Notes: a model not told the origin generated them from the letters alone. DNA of 57,287 bases, filler included, from Sphacelaria rigidula (GCA_964200075.2; 6 parts of 6 records of this genome joined end to end with filler, not necessarily neighbours in it); one strand, 5' to 3'. Shown: positions 11,512-24,616, numbered from the whole stretch's first letter. Translations and numbers: made by a program.

Positions 11512-14500
11512 GTTGCTTTGAGAAGAAGAGCGCATGGTCGTCACCAGACGTCGTGCACCTCGACAACCTCAAGGAACTTGCCAAGAAGTTCCGCCTTCAT
11601 AAGTCAATCCCTAACTTCTTCCGTGACTACACCACGGAAGACTCGCTCGTTGCGGTGCTCAAACGATACGTCAGGAACAACGCAGACTTTCTTTCCATGG
11701 CACCTTCCGTTGCAAAAGCGCGCCGCGCCGCGCCCCCACAGAGTGAAACAGGCGGATGCGGGGGCAGCGGAGGTAATGGTGGCGACGCGGTTGTGAACAC
11801 TGATGCTCCTCACAATATTAGCCCCGTGACATCGCACATGGATGGCGGCGGTTCAGTACCAGCATCCGGGTCAGTCGTGACTGGCAAAGACGAATCGCTG
11901 ACTTGTGCGTCACTAGCGGAAACGACAAACAGTGCTGCTGCGGCAGGTGTTGGTGTTGGTGTTGGTGGTAGTGGTGGTGGCGGTAGTGGAGTTGAAGGGG
12001 TAAACCATAGAGGGGTCTTGTCTTCGGAGTTTGAAGCTTCCGCTACGACGACGACTACCGGCGGTGGATCGCGATCTAAGGAGTCGGGGAGTTCGCCACA
12101 ACAGCATGTGTCCCAGGCGGGCGCCAACAAGGGTGGGAATACACGGCTCAATGTGCCACGTCGACCGTTCCTCACAAAGCGACCGAAGAAGGTGCAACTG
12201 GTAACGACTTCGACGCATTGTGTTGTTGCAGAAGCTCAACCGTCTGCTGCAGAATACCAACTGCTCTATCTAAAAACAGGATGAAGTCCTATCTTTCCCG
12301 ACTGCGCATATCCCTTACATATGCCCACTCGATTTCGATTTGAAGAGTGGACTTCTCTCAATCATCGAATCTGCCTTGTCTGAGCACTTGTTTGAGAGAC
12401 AATCATGACCGTTTCGTTTCGCAACAACAATCTGCACGTTCCCCCAAACATTCTCAGACCATCGAGCATTAATTGCTATTCAGTGCACCAGTTTTTCTCT
12501 TCATATTCTCCATGAGTACACACGGCTTTAGCCACATTTCATCCCGAGAGGCCCATCCACACCGACAATATCATTGTACCTTGTCGCCCCCACCACGACT
12601 ACTATATCTCCCTCCCTTTCGTAGTCGAGCATCCTGTTCAACTCACAGTCAGGGGGACGCAAACTTTTCGGCCACTCGGATGCAGACACGACCTGCGGCA
12701 TGATTCAGATGAGTCGGATGGGGCTATCCTCGCGTAACTTCGACAGACTTCACGTCATATCGCACAACCGTCACAACGGCACCACTAGACGCTCAAGCAG
12801 CGCCGGTCACAAAGTGCCTACTCGGGTGGTCGGGGACACGACTCTGCGAACCTTGGGCGCGAGTGCGGGAGTAGGGGGGAGTAATGCAGACGCTGGAGCA
12901 AATCCTGAGGACCGCGCTACACCTATTAATCCTGTAGGTGAGGTTTCCCCCGAATTCATGGCCGATAGAGCAAGGTTTACGGGGGACAAGATAGTTGGAT
13001 ATACGTCCAGGTATATAGGCTTTAGAAGTTGATTGATTGATTGATTGTCGCACTTTAACTGACCCCTCAGGGGTCCAGCCACGGTCTCATGATAGACGTG
13101 ACGTACCCAAGAGAACGAAACTGGAACACGCTCCGAAAAAAAGAAGGAGCAGAAAAAAAAAGTCGAACAGAACGACATGGCAGACTAAGTCGTAGCAAAA
13201 AATGTAGATGGATAAAAGACGAAGAGAAGCAGTAAGTACAAGGCGTACGATCACACCCAGTTAACGTAGCGGGTTGTATCAAGTCAAGAGTTCACCTACG
13301 AACGTCCATGTAGATACTACGAGTGGAATGCATAAGCCTGTCTTTTTTCTACCTCAGTGGCATCAGGACATGCTTTGACCTAGCCCTCGCACCGCCTCCC
13401 CGTCCCTTCTCCCCCTTCACGTACCATTGAACGACTGTATTTTAGGCTTGCGAGCAGTTTCTCAGGCTCCTCCTGGCGGGGGTGGGGCGCCTGGTTTATC
13501 AACAACGTCTTCCACGGGTGCTGGGCCCATAGGTCGAACAGCAAGCGAGGATGTAGACGCAATGGAGATAAAGGCGGACGAATCACGGGGAAACGGAGCC
13601 GGGGGGGTTGCGGCGGAAGGTGACGGGGGGAGGGCAGGCGGACATGGCATGGGGGACGCCGTGGGCCAGGATGAATACAGTCAAAATCTGAAAATCAAAG
13701 CCGCCCAAGCGCTGTTCAGGATGTCCCTAGAGCAGGGAGGGGAGGTGAGGCTGCCCATGTGCGGTCGTAGATACGGGAAAGGTTTGTGTTAGCAGGATGA
13801 TGGCGTTGAATGCTAGTGCAACCATGGTTCCTTCGAAGCACAAATAACATTCTTCGGCCTATGAAAAGAAGAAGCTAGAGAACAGATTGGTAGCACGTAC
13901 TGCCTACTGTGTCAGAACCTGCCTTCAGGTAGCAGTCGTAATATGGCCAAAACAATATTGTTGGTGCATTGAACCAGCTCAAGCCGCACCTACTTCAATG
14001 GTGTTTTTTTCACCGCCGGCACTGCACCTCTGGCAGAGCTCTGCGCTACGGGGTCCAGCACCTCCTTCGCTTGGGCGCTTGATGGTAGGCAGTACTACGC
14101 TTGTGCACATCTACTACCGTGTGCAAGTAACTCATACACTAGCCGCACAGTGTGAGAACAGCCTCAACACGCCAGAACAAAGTTAAAAAAAAACCCAGCC
14201 TTGCGTGTTCTGGAGACAGTTTTTCGTCGCGAATGTTCGTATCTAACGAATGGATAAGAGAGCTTGTGTTGCAGATGACACTTGTGCGGGACGGCGCGGT
14301 GATCGCTTTAGCGAAGCTCATCGGCGTAGAGAGCGTGCAAGCCCACAGGCTCGTGTCTGGCTGCCTGGCGAATCTGACCACCACAAGGGACGTCACGTTT
14401 GAGCTGCTGCGGGCAAAGGGCCACCAGGTGCGCCCGTCCGTAGTTCGCGCTCATGTGGCGAGTAGCACCGGCGGTTTATTTGGAACGAAGTGGCGGTTGC

Positions 14501-17154
14501 TAAGTATAGGAAAGAGAGAGACAGGTAGAGATATCAGAGATGTTTTTCCAGCCAATTGCCATAATATGTTTGTGGAACTACACGCTTTCCGGGAACAATC
14601 TGGCTCGCATTATCGCGTGTCCTCCTGTGGGGCGTACACCTCTCGAAGTTGCCTTCGTATTAGACACTTTCTACGATAGCCCCCCCCAAAACCAGCCCAA
14701 GAGTGTCACGAAAGAAACGGACATACAGCGCCTGATGTTTGGGTTCAGGCTGCATAAAGCGCCTCATATTAGCGACATCAGTGAGAACGAACCCAAGCGT
14801 GGAAATTGCCAGCTGCTCGTCGTGCTCGGCTTATTCCATTTCGATTGAGGTAAAAAAATTGCCCCTCCAAACCATGGATTTATTTCGGGGGGGGCTATCG
14901 TAGGAAGTTTCATCACTGGAAGCACCCACATTGAGCTCGGTAGAGCTCATGACTCTTAAGAGGAAAACTAAGTGAAAGGGGCAGATCAAGTGGTAGGTTG
15001 GAGAGATCGGTCGATAATCCCTCGCCGTTTTTCACAAGTTCTTTGTTATGTAGTTTTTCTGGATAAGACAAGGATACATACCCTACCCCCGTCACGCCTC
15101 TCTGCCTCTGTTATTGCCTCTGTCTCTCTCTCCGTCTTTGTCTCCTTCTGTGTTTCTCTGTGTGCTGGCCTGCTTCTGAAGGTCCTGTCTTTTCTTGTCA
15201 ACGGTGCTGCAACGCCCGACTCGACAACCCTCGGGAACGTCGCCACCGCGTTGTGCCGGTGTACGTACGAGAGGCGCAACCATGTCCGTTTGGTCACTGA
15301 GTTCAACACCGCACAAGCTCTTTGTTACATCATGCAGCGGCATGCCGTCAATCTCAAGGTGTGTTTCGCCCCGCGTCCCCCTCTCGACTGCTGCAGAATC
15401 GTGTCGGACGAAAGGAGCTACGAGATTACTTCGCGTTTTTTACCCACCCCGCACACATACGGTAGGTTGTGCGCTGAACATGAATTCGTAGAACGTTCAG
15501 GTGAGCTGCATGGCCGTGAAGATTGCGCAGAGAAGTGTTTGGCTCCAGCGCAGCACCCTCATCCTTCGTTCGGATTTTCTCACCATTTTTTCGGCATTTT
15601 TGCGCCTTCTTCAGCGGGTGTCAGTCTCCCTTCACCTCGAACGTTTTTTACCCGTACGTCGTTTTTATGTGACTTTGGGCACACATCTCTGGGCGACAAC
15701 TCTCTTTTCTCCTTCCATCACAAAACAGATTATAGGCGCTAAGGGAATGCTCAACATGTGCGGTCTATCATCGAGAACACCCGAATTTGCCGCAAAAATA
15801 GACGTGTACATGCTGACGCTGTGCTCTGCCATGGAAGACCTCGCCAGGAACGAGAAGGAAGCGGTGCAGGTAAGCACATAAGGGCCTCGTAGCTAGTAGA
15901 ATCGAGGAGGCTCCAAAACTATTTGTGCTGCGTGGATCTACTCCACACGAGCTTGTGATACAATGTTTCAGCATACCGTCTCATGATCTACCGCACGCTT
16001 CTTTAACCATGTTGTCGTTCGTTGTCATACCCGACTCGCCCTTCTATGACGCCAACTTCTCTCAAGATTGTTTACATCACCGGATCTGGTTTATTGTCAT
16101 CGGTGCGCGCCAACTATAAGCCACTCGGATGGCGTTAGTCTTTCTGATATCAGCCTTTGAAGTTCTTCGCTCGTATTTTCACCGGGCATTGGGAGTTGGA
16201 CGGTGTGCGTTTGTGTGAGAATCATCTCTGCGAGTGGACGGCTCTGACGAAATGTGTCCGCACTCCCCACGTCCACCCTGTGCTCGCCGCGGACCCCAAC
16301 ACGCTCCTTTGCCACCTAGCACAAATATCGTTCGATTTTGGCAACATTTCGGCGATCGTCTGTTCACTGTTGCTACCGGTAGACGTTCGTGTGTCGAGGG
16401 ATACAAGGACTCACCTGCGTGCCAGCGTGTCTATCACGTATTCCAGATTCTGGGATTGTGGACCTTTTGCTTCCCTTGGTGAGTCACACACACACTCACA
16501 CACACACACACACAGGTGTCTGCAAGCGAAGGAGTACACTAGTACGAGAAGAAAACGCACAAAGGCAAACCCTTGAATGACTAGGTGGACACTACACGAG
16601 TGGATATAATTTCGGTTTGGGATTGCAAAAAAAGACGACTGGGTGGTATCTACTGTAGGGTGTGTCGTGCAAACGTCTCGAACAAGTTTGAATCTACACA
16701 CACATGACTCGCTTTGAAAACGCCAGGTGAAAATGAACTACAAGAGGCCCGGAAATCTAGCTCGACTAGCTTCGGCGACAGTCAATCTAGCGAACCTGAC
16801 GAGCGCCCACTCACAGCTGGTCAAACAGAAGGACATTGTGGCGGTGCTTTGCCTCTTATCCGCGAACCCCAGGCTCGTAGAGGTGAGAATCCAGGGTACG
16901 CAGGGTCCGCCGGCATTGCTGCCACAAGTCCGCGCATATCGTGAGCAAGGTGAATCGCGTCGTTGCGCGACTGTGTTCGCATGTCAATATACTGTGGGGT
17001 TTTAAGGGGTGACCAATCGATGGATCGGGTGTTGTCTATTGACTGGTATGCTACGAATCATGGCGCAGTCGCGAGAGAGACGCACCTGAGGCGAGTAAAC
17101 GGAAAGCACTCGCCAGAGGAAACTCGGAAACGGAGGAATATGAAGAAAGAGGGA

Positions 17155-17186
<32 letters not shown>

Positions 17187-18765
17187 GTGAATTTCAAACA
17201 CAGGCGAAAGGAAATGAAGGAAAATGATGAAGGAAATGATGGTAAAAGGGGCAAGACATGGGTTTTAGAACGGGTCCTGAAATCAACCCCGGCAGTTCGC
17301 TTCCGCATGACTTCAAGTAAGAAGGCCGCGGGCAGAGGCAGAAGCAAGACGAAACAAGGTTGGGGAAGCAGGTTGCGATTGTGGTATCCAATGACCACAC
17401 TATTTGGGCAGGAACTCTCACCCACGAGCAAGGCACGGGCAAGGCACAAAATCGAATACGGGACGGGAATAAGGGAAAACTGATAAGAAAAGAAAAAAAA
17501 AAGACCAGGGATAAAATGAAGGAATGAGGAGAGAGAGAGAGAGAGAGAGAGGAGAGAGGGAGAGAGGCAACAGATGAATGAATATACGTTGAAACACAAC
17601 GGAGAAATCAGACATGGAGACAGACTAACTAAGACGAACTCGACCAGGGTCACAGCCAGAGAAGGTCACTGAAGCTGCAAGCCAAGGAAATAAGTCAACA
17701 GCCGATGAAACACGACAAGAGGCGCATCAGGTTCCGCGTTTCCCCGCTTCCCCTGCTTGTGGCAAGTCAGAGGCGAAGTGTGGTCACTCTCTCGCCCATG
17801 GGGTGGGGCTACGACGCCCGTACTGTCGAATATCCGGACGAAGGGACGCGTTAAACACTCCACGGGTAACATCACGGTTTTCGGAAAGCTTCAAATCGAT
17901 ATCAGAACCGCGCACGATCTTTCAGAAAGCAGAGCACAATTGTATCCTCCGACCATCCTAAGTGCATGCCGGACCACCAAGAATTCAGAAGTACACTGGC
18001 ATTGAAACGACGACAAAATATCCTCCAGCGTTACTCATGACATACGCAGCAAAGGGTCGTCCTGTTGGCAAGGGCTCTCGAACTCGATATTCTGGAGGTA
18101 TCCAAGAGACAAAGTTGTGATCCTACCTGCTCATTTCCTCCCGCAGAGCTGCTGCGTGGCGGCCGCATGCCTCAGTCGTACTCGAGATCTGGAGGGACAC
18201 TTAGCACCACTGGCCAAAACGCTGGTAGAGGCTAGCCTACCCAATACAGCCAGCATAGACTGCGTGGCCTACTTTCTGCAGGTGGGAGAAAGTACATAGC
18301 AAGGCAGAAACAAGGACACAATTTAATATCCCCGTGTGTGCTCGTCACGGAGATACATTCATCTGTTGCTTTCGATTGTAGCGATATGCAGCTACTACAG
18401 GACATGCAGAAACAGGCACAAACACCAATCAATCAGTTGTCGTAGCGGCTAGATATAATCAGAAGCACAAACAAGTGGCGTATCCGCTTTGTTGGTTCAC
18501 GGTTGGTTGGCCGTTTACTGATGAGGGTTGTGCCATGTGGCGAGTACGATAGGCATAGCTACCGCAGGACCCTTTCCTTACAGCCCAGCGGCCCGCTGAC
18601 CTCTAAACATGTCCCCCCACCCCTCACCGCAGAACGTGTCCCGCGCTCACGTCTTGACCGAGCCCTCCATTACGTCGTGGCTGGCGACGGAAGGCGACTC
18701 TGCATCATGTGACGGGCGCCTCGTCTGCCTATCGGCTTTGGGACACCTGATCCACAAGCAAGAGG
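11512..18765 (+). CDS. Multi-exon gene for an armadillo/HEAT-like helical repeat protein with a Gly/Ser-rich low-complexity N-terminal region; 3' end lost at the contig end
   Basis: Phase-consistent GT-AG exons: 11512-12191 (or 12200), 12625-12937, 13446-13744, 14275-14427, 15182-15358, 15729-15869, possibly 16163-16378, 16727-16882, 18147-18281, 18633-18765. ARM-like peptides: IKAAQALFRMS, LVRDGAVIALAKL, LVSGCLANLTT, LGNVATALCRCT, ATVNLANLTSAHSQLVKQKDIVAVLCLL. No stop before the spacer at 19031. Confidence 0.8.
14671..14903. mobile_element. Intronic MITE-like element, homologue of 2993-3245
   Basis: Perfect inverted termini ctacgatagcccccccc / ggggggggctatcgtag; the interior aligns to 3004-3234 on the opposite strand. 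Confidence 0.75.
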
Positions 18766-19030
18766 GTGAGGCCAGTAGTAAATGAAAAATATAATGTTGT
18801 TGCTTGCTGATGATGTTGACGTATTTTTTCGTCAGACTTGGCAGCTGTGTAGTGTTAGCTTGAAGATGAAGGTGACGTGATTGCCGCCTCCTGCTTGGCA
18901 CCCTGCCTCGTAGTCAAGTACCCTATATACATTGGTTGGATTGTGGAATTGATCACACTGCTCCCCTCCCATTAAAAAAAAATGTCCGAACACTCTGACA
19001 AAGCTACCGCTCACTGCATCTACCCCCCCC

Positions 19031-19130
19031 NNNNNNNNNNNNNNNNNNNNNNNNNNNNNNNNNNNNNNNNNNNNTTAATTAATTAANNNNNNNNNNNNNN
19101 NNNNNNNNNNNNNNNNNNNNNNNNNNNNNN
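19031..19130. other. Artificial contig-joining spacer
   Basis: N44-TTAATTAATTAA-N44. Confidence 0.97.
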
Positions 19131-20082
19131 CCCCCCCCAAAAGGGAGGCGTGGTCAGGGGGCAAACAACTAAGGCAAACAACAAAAGCGCCCCCCCCCCC
19201 CCCCCTCCCGCCCGCCCGATCCGCCTGCTCCGGCGAGATCCCAGCGTGCTCCGACCAGGCGTTGTAGGGATGAATCCCCTATGGGGTCGGTGTCGCGAGG
19301 CAATGACGCGCTGTAAAACACGCCACTCACTGCGTATACCAGGCAACTAGGCTATCCATTTGTTTTTGCGCGCTTGCGTCTTTTTTGCGGTAACCATGAT
19401 GGAGGTCGAGCTAGATCATATTTCGCGGGGTGTAAGAACCTCGATTCCGCGCGGGGATTATCATACCACGTAGTGTTTAAAGGGTAAGACATCCATGGGG
19501 CGGTGTGTAAGCCGTGGCTGTCTCTGAAAGTGGCAATACCAGAGAATGAGTAAGCGACTCATTGGAGGCTGTCATCCATAGGCAAGATAATCAGTACGCT
19601 TCGGGCCGAACAGTCCTAGCAGGAGGATACAGGTCACATCCTTCATTCGACTCGCCGAACACATCACGGCGCTTCGCGCTCGGTGGTTGATTGCGAGCCT
19701 GGTCCGGCGAAACGCCGGCGTGCTCCATCCCGGCTTTGTAGGTAGCGAGGTCAATAGCCATCATATGACTATGGCATGCAAGATCATCGTGAGTACACCC
19801 CCCTAATCCCATTTTGGGTTGTGCTTTTTAGCTTTTTATCGGCAATCCATCTCTTCGATTTGTTTACGAGTTCTCAGAATAGTGATGGTCGGCCTCGGAA
19901 AAGAGTCAATCATCATTCTCCCGGAGGCCCGAGCGTCCATGCATGACTCGCTTTTGGGTTGTCGGGAAGTAAGAGTCGGCAAAACATTTCGAGAGGAAAT
20001 GGCAACAACATATATATGTGTTATTAATGATGAGAACTACTGCAGCGCCGACTCACTCATGATGATATCTAGTGGGAGGCAG

Positions 20083-20197
20083 GCGTACTCATTTGTTGCT
20101 TGCCTCGGTCATTCGACCGTTGACCACTCATCCCTTTCGAGACGGAGCGCCGTTCCTGCCCAATAGAGACATCCCCAACATGCAGGCGCTCATTGCG
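20083..20197 (+). repeat. Dispersed repeat (other copies at ~53855-53970, ~57215-57270 and, inverted, ~19140-19200)
   Basis: gcgtactcatttgttgcttgcct...catccctttcgagacggagc...aatagagaca is shared with 53855-53970; the other copies are more diverged and sit next to poly-G/C runs. Confidence 0.75.
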
Positions 20198-21762
20198 TTT
20201 CTTCCCTGCAGTACATGCGAACCCTTTTCATAATATCTTGTCTACATCCTGTTTCGCTGTCTGTGGCCACCACCTATCTCCGAAAGTGTACGAAACGATT
20301 GGAGGGGGGTGGGGGCTGAATGCAGCGAAAATTGATGTAAGCTTTATTTCTCGAATTGATGCAAGAAATTATTTGACTGCGTACTGTAGGCCGTTTTTGT
20401 GACGGAATCTTGGCATGATGATGGTAGGATTTCGAAGAAATCTGAGGTTTGTGTTGGCGGATGACGAATTATGGGATCAGGTCACGAAGTGGTGGATGGC
20501 GTCACAACAGGATGGTAGGGGTCACTCACTGTGAGAGAACAAAAATGCACACCCCCACCTCCGCTCGGTCATGTTCAGTTCCCCAGCCCAAAAAGCACTC
20601 CGCGCTCGGCAATACTGAGCAAAGTAACGAACAGTCACCAGTGCAAGACAGTCAAGTATAGTACGCGTGGTGGTTCTCGAACGTGTTCGGATCAATTTGC
20701 CCGCCCGCCGCCCTGTTACTCGAGAGGGGGTGGAACAAGAAGAGTAGATGGGTTGATTCTCGTTTCGCTTTTTTCATTTTATTTTCGTTTTGGTGGGGTA
20801 TTCGGGATTTACTCGGTCTCCATCTACGGTTGTTCTCGGCGTCCGCTTCGAAAATTCCCCCTTCAAGGGGGGTGGTGGGGGGAAGTGTTGACCAGCCCCC
20901 CCAAAAGGGAACGGGTCAACAACCAAGAACAGAAAGTCACGGGTTAGTCCGATAGCTTGGGCACCCACTGCGACGAGGTCGCTGTGGGCATAGTCAGTCT
21001 GTATTTCTTTCGTCTTGTTTTGTGTTAGGGATTTGTTTTAGGGTTTTGGGTTGTGTTGTCACTTTTTTCAAGTCTTGATTGTGCTTTCAAGAATCCCACA
21101 TTTTTCGAGCCTTGAACAAAATAATTTTCGCTCTTTTCAACCGCCAGGCAGACGTTTCGTCCGTATGCTACCCACGTCCTCATTTCTATCGTATTTTCAT
21201 TTGTAGCAGACGGGTTTCCGCAGATTGAGCACCTAGCGTTTGATAGAGAGTGAGAACCAAAATGATAAGAGATCCCAACCCATTCATCGACTGACTGATG
21301 TTTCCTGGGGAATATCTCGCCGAACCAGGCGAGGAGCAGCTCGAATGAAAGCTCCTATCCGCATGGAATGAATTCAATGTAGATGAATTCCCCGATACTC
21401 CCCGCTATCGAGCCAGCCCCAAACTGTCAGGAAAAAAATATTCATACAGCATATGATCGCTTTTTCAGACGCCGTGAAGTGCCGCATATCGGCGACGGTG
21501 GCGAAACGACATCAAGCGTGGGAGTTCCCAGTTGATCGGTGTGCTCGACGTCTCATGTCCTTTCGATTTGCATCTAGATCTTTGTCCTCAAACCAGCCAC
21601 TTTCCTGGAGGAGGCTGCCGCGGTATCACTATGCATTTATCCAAGCATTACACTTTAATTACATCGACGTCGCCAAGCAGCAGGAATCTAGAACTTCAGG
21701 TTTCCAGATATGTATGGCCATTTGATGTCTACAATATAGTTTCATTTCCGAAATGCCCCTCC

Positions 21763-22312
21763 AAGCATTGTGTGTGTGTTGTCATACCATCTGTTCTGGA
21801 CGTCAGTCTCCACCTTTCTGTACTTGTGGGCGCACCAGCCGGGGTTACACAGGAAGGAGGAAGGCCAACACAGTTTCTTTTTCAATTACTTCTCTTCTTG
21901 TTTCGTTACTCCACCTTCCTTGTGCAGTGGAGTGATGCTACCGTAGGGGTGCACAACTATTTTCTGAGGTTAAAATTGGTAGGAGCCCTTGATCTCATCC
22001 AAAACACCACTTCAACCACTTCGGAAGTGGTGTTTTGGATGAGATCAAGGGCTCCTACCAATTTTAACCTCAGAAACTATTTGTGCACCCCTACCGTAGT
22101 GAAGTGGTGTTTTGGATGAGATCAAGGGCTCCTACCAATTTTAACCTCAGAAAATATTTATGCACCCCTACCGTAGCATCACTCGCGTAGTGGTGCCGCA
22201 TGGTATGAGAAAATAATCCGGATCGTGTGACTGCACCGAAATTTGAAGCCGCAGCCCTACTGTCAGAAAGTTTCGACGTTGCCAACTGAGCCGCCGGGGC
22301 GACAGGATTTAT
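21763..22312 (-). mobile_element. tRNA-headed SINE-like element interrupted by a foldback element
   Basis: Minus-strand head gccccggcggctcagttggcaac (A-box-like) starting near 22300. Body and tail match 34281-34338 and 34661-34951. Confidence 0.65.
21930..22184. mobile_element. Foldback element made almost only of TIR sequence (GAGTGATGCTAC family), right arm tandemly duplicated
   Basis: Left arm 21930-22013; inverted arms 22024-22099 and 22100-22184, ending gtagcatcactc. Confidence 0.85.
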
Positions 22313-23304
22313 ACGAGGCCTTACATTCGCCTTCTGTGGGAGCTTGTCGCTGAAGCCCTCTCTGATATCCCTGAGTAGGATATCGACATGTATGTATAGC
22401 TGACATCACATACGACACTGTTATAGGCAAAACACGCATAAAATGGCGAGGATATATCGTTTCATCAATCTGGCTATTATAAAATCCTGTTTCATATGTA
22501 CTACTGCTGTGCAAGGCGAGAGATACATTGATTTCATATCAAGACGGCCAAGCCCCGATGCACATCATTACTCACGTCGAACCGAGAGTGCCCCGAAAAA
22601 AACTCCGAGACCCTGTGTACCCTCCCCCCCCCTCCCCCCCCCCCCCCCCGCCCCGCTCTGTTTTTTTTCACTCTCTCACCCACGCAAACAACAAACANNN
22701 NNNNNNNAAGGCGAGACAAACCGAGAGTCCCCCCAAAACCCCCCCCCGCCCTTGCAACCCCCCCCCCCCCCTCCCCCCTCCCTCCGGCGATGGTAGTTTT
22801 TTTTTTTCACAGTAAGAAACACTCAATAAATAGTCATTTTATAGGGTTGGGGACTGAACCAGTATCTACTCACAGTATTCTTGTACTGGCAGTTTTCCTG
22901 TACTACGTCAGAGGCTGCCAGTACAGCCAGTACATACCCAGCTTACGTACGTCCTATATTATGCCACGTAAACCACATGAAAACCCACCGAAACTGCGCC
23001 GCATGAGAGGCATGAAAGGAGAGAGGTTGAGAACAGGGCACACACACACAAGAGGGAGACCACAAAATCGATGAACCAATATGTCACTAGCAGCAGCAGC
23101 CGGCCCGATTCAGACCCGAGCCCGGGGCCTCAGATCCCGGAACCCGCCGCGGCCTTCAACGAACCACGATTGTTGAAGTTTTATCCGGGCATACTAATAA
23201 TGACTATTTCAAGAAGAAAAGTTTTCACACCGGGCAGGCATCATCGAAGTGGCCCAAAAACGCCCTGAAAATATCTTCTAGTGAAGCCAAATCGCGTAAA
23301 AATA

Positions 23305-23458
23305 CGCCTCCGGCGAGGCGCCTCCAGCGGGGCCCCCTCACCAGCCGGGGGGGGGCGGTGGTCGCGGCTTCGCCGCGACACCAATGTACTGATGGGACCC
23401 AGTAAACTGGCTGCTCTCCGCAGCCAGTTTACCTGGTCTGGCGCGTAGCGCCAGTCCC
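23305..23458. repeat. Cluster of short GC-rich perfect stem-loops
   Basis: cgcctc-cggc-gaggcg (23305-23320); gtcgcggc-ttc-gccgcgac (23361-23379); gtaaactggctgc-tctcc-gcagccagtttac (23402-23432); ctggcgc-gta-gcgccag (23438-23454). Confidence 0.85.
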
Positions 23459-24616
23459 CAACCCTACAAAATGGGCACTTTGTTCTCTTACCCGTTAACT
23501 ACTTCGCTGTCTTGCTGTATCCTACATCATGGTGATGAAAATTCAATCATAGATTACATGGACACAAATAACGTGCTTTCTACTTTGCTCGTCATCTGTG
23601 CCGCCTGTCCGACGCCTCATGTATGACCAGCATGACTTCGTGCTGCCTGTAGTGTCGTTGTGGAACACCAAGCAGAGACATCAGGAGCACGCAGCAGACT
23701 GTGTTCAGTGGCGAGCGATTGCACGCCTACTGTTTCTTGCCGTTGTATCCAGCGAAGACATACAGCACACACACTGACTGCATGCGATTGACTTCAAGGT
23801 CAAAATCGGTCAGGTTTTTTTCGGGATTGTTTTCTTTGCAGATGCCCAACATCCACAGGTCGACAAAAAAGGCTTTTTGTATAGCGATGAAGGAGCTGTT
23901 ATGATCCCCGAATGTGGCATAGTCCATCTTGCTTCATCCGGGAAGGGTTCGCAGTCCAAGGGCTAACGCACGATTTTTCCATTTCAAATGTGTATAGCCT
24001 AAAATCAAGTTTATCCAAGGAAACGAAGAACAACGGTCGATGGTCGGTGAAATATCGTCGAACAGCTCGGACATTTTTCGAAATTTAACCCCCCCCCGGG
24101 GGCACCCCTAGCGGCCAGGCTTACTTCATTTCTTTCGGAGTGGTGACGGCCAGCCGTGGGGTTAGAAGTCCTCATCTGCTTATACTGATGAATTATTGTG
24201 AATTTCAGGGTCATTTACTGTTTCTCGCCTTTTTGTTGACCTTCACGCATGCGAGACCCGTGACGTTGATATCTGTCGAAGATATCGATCTAGAAACACG
24301 AACAAGAAACGAAAAGTTGGGTGGGCTTTGCGACGTTCGTATAATTGATTGTGCTTCTTGCCCACTCTGTCACGATGAACTCGGATGCCGGCGACGCTCA
24401 CAAACATGCACACGAGCGCACGGTAGCGACAGCCAGTAGCCAAAGTGGTAACAATATCTCACGCCTCGCCAAACTTGCCGGGGCTGCTGGTGGGTACTCG
24501 GAGGCACTCTACACGGAACTGGTGTCCTGCAAGCGGTATTTCAAGACACCCTTTACCCTCGACATTAAAAATGAACGGTGCCATCGGCAAGGCAGAATCG
24601 GTTGTAGTTCCACCTT

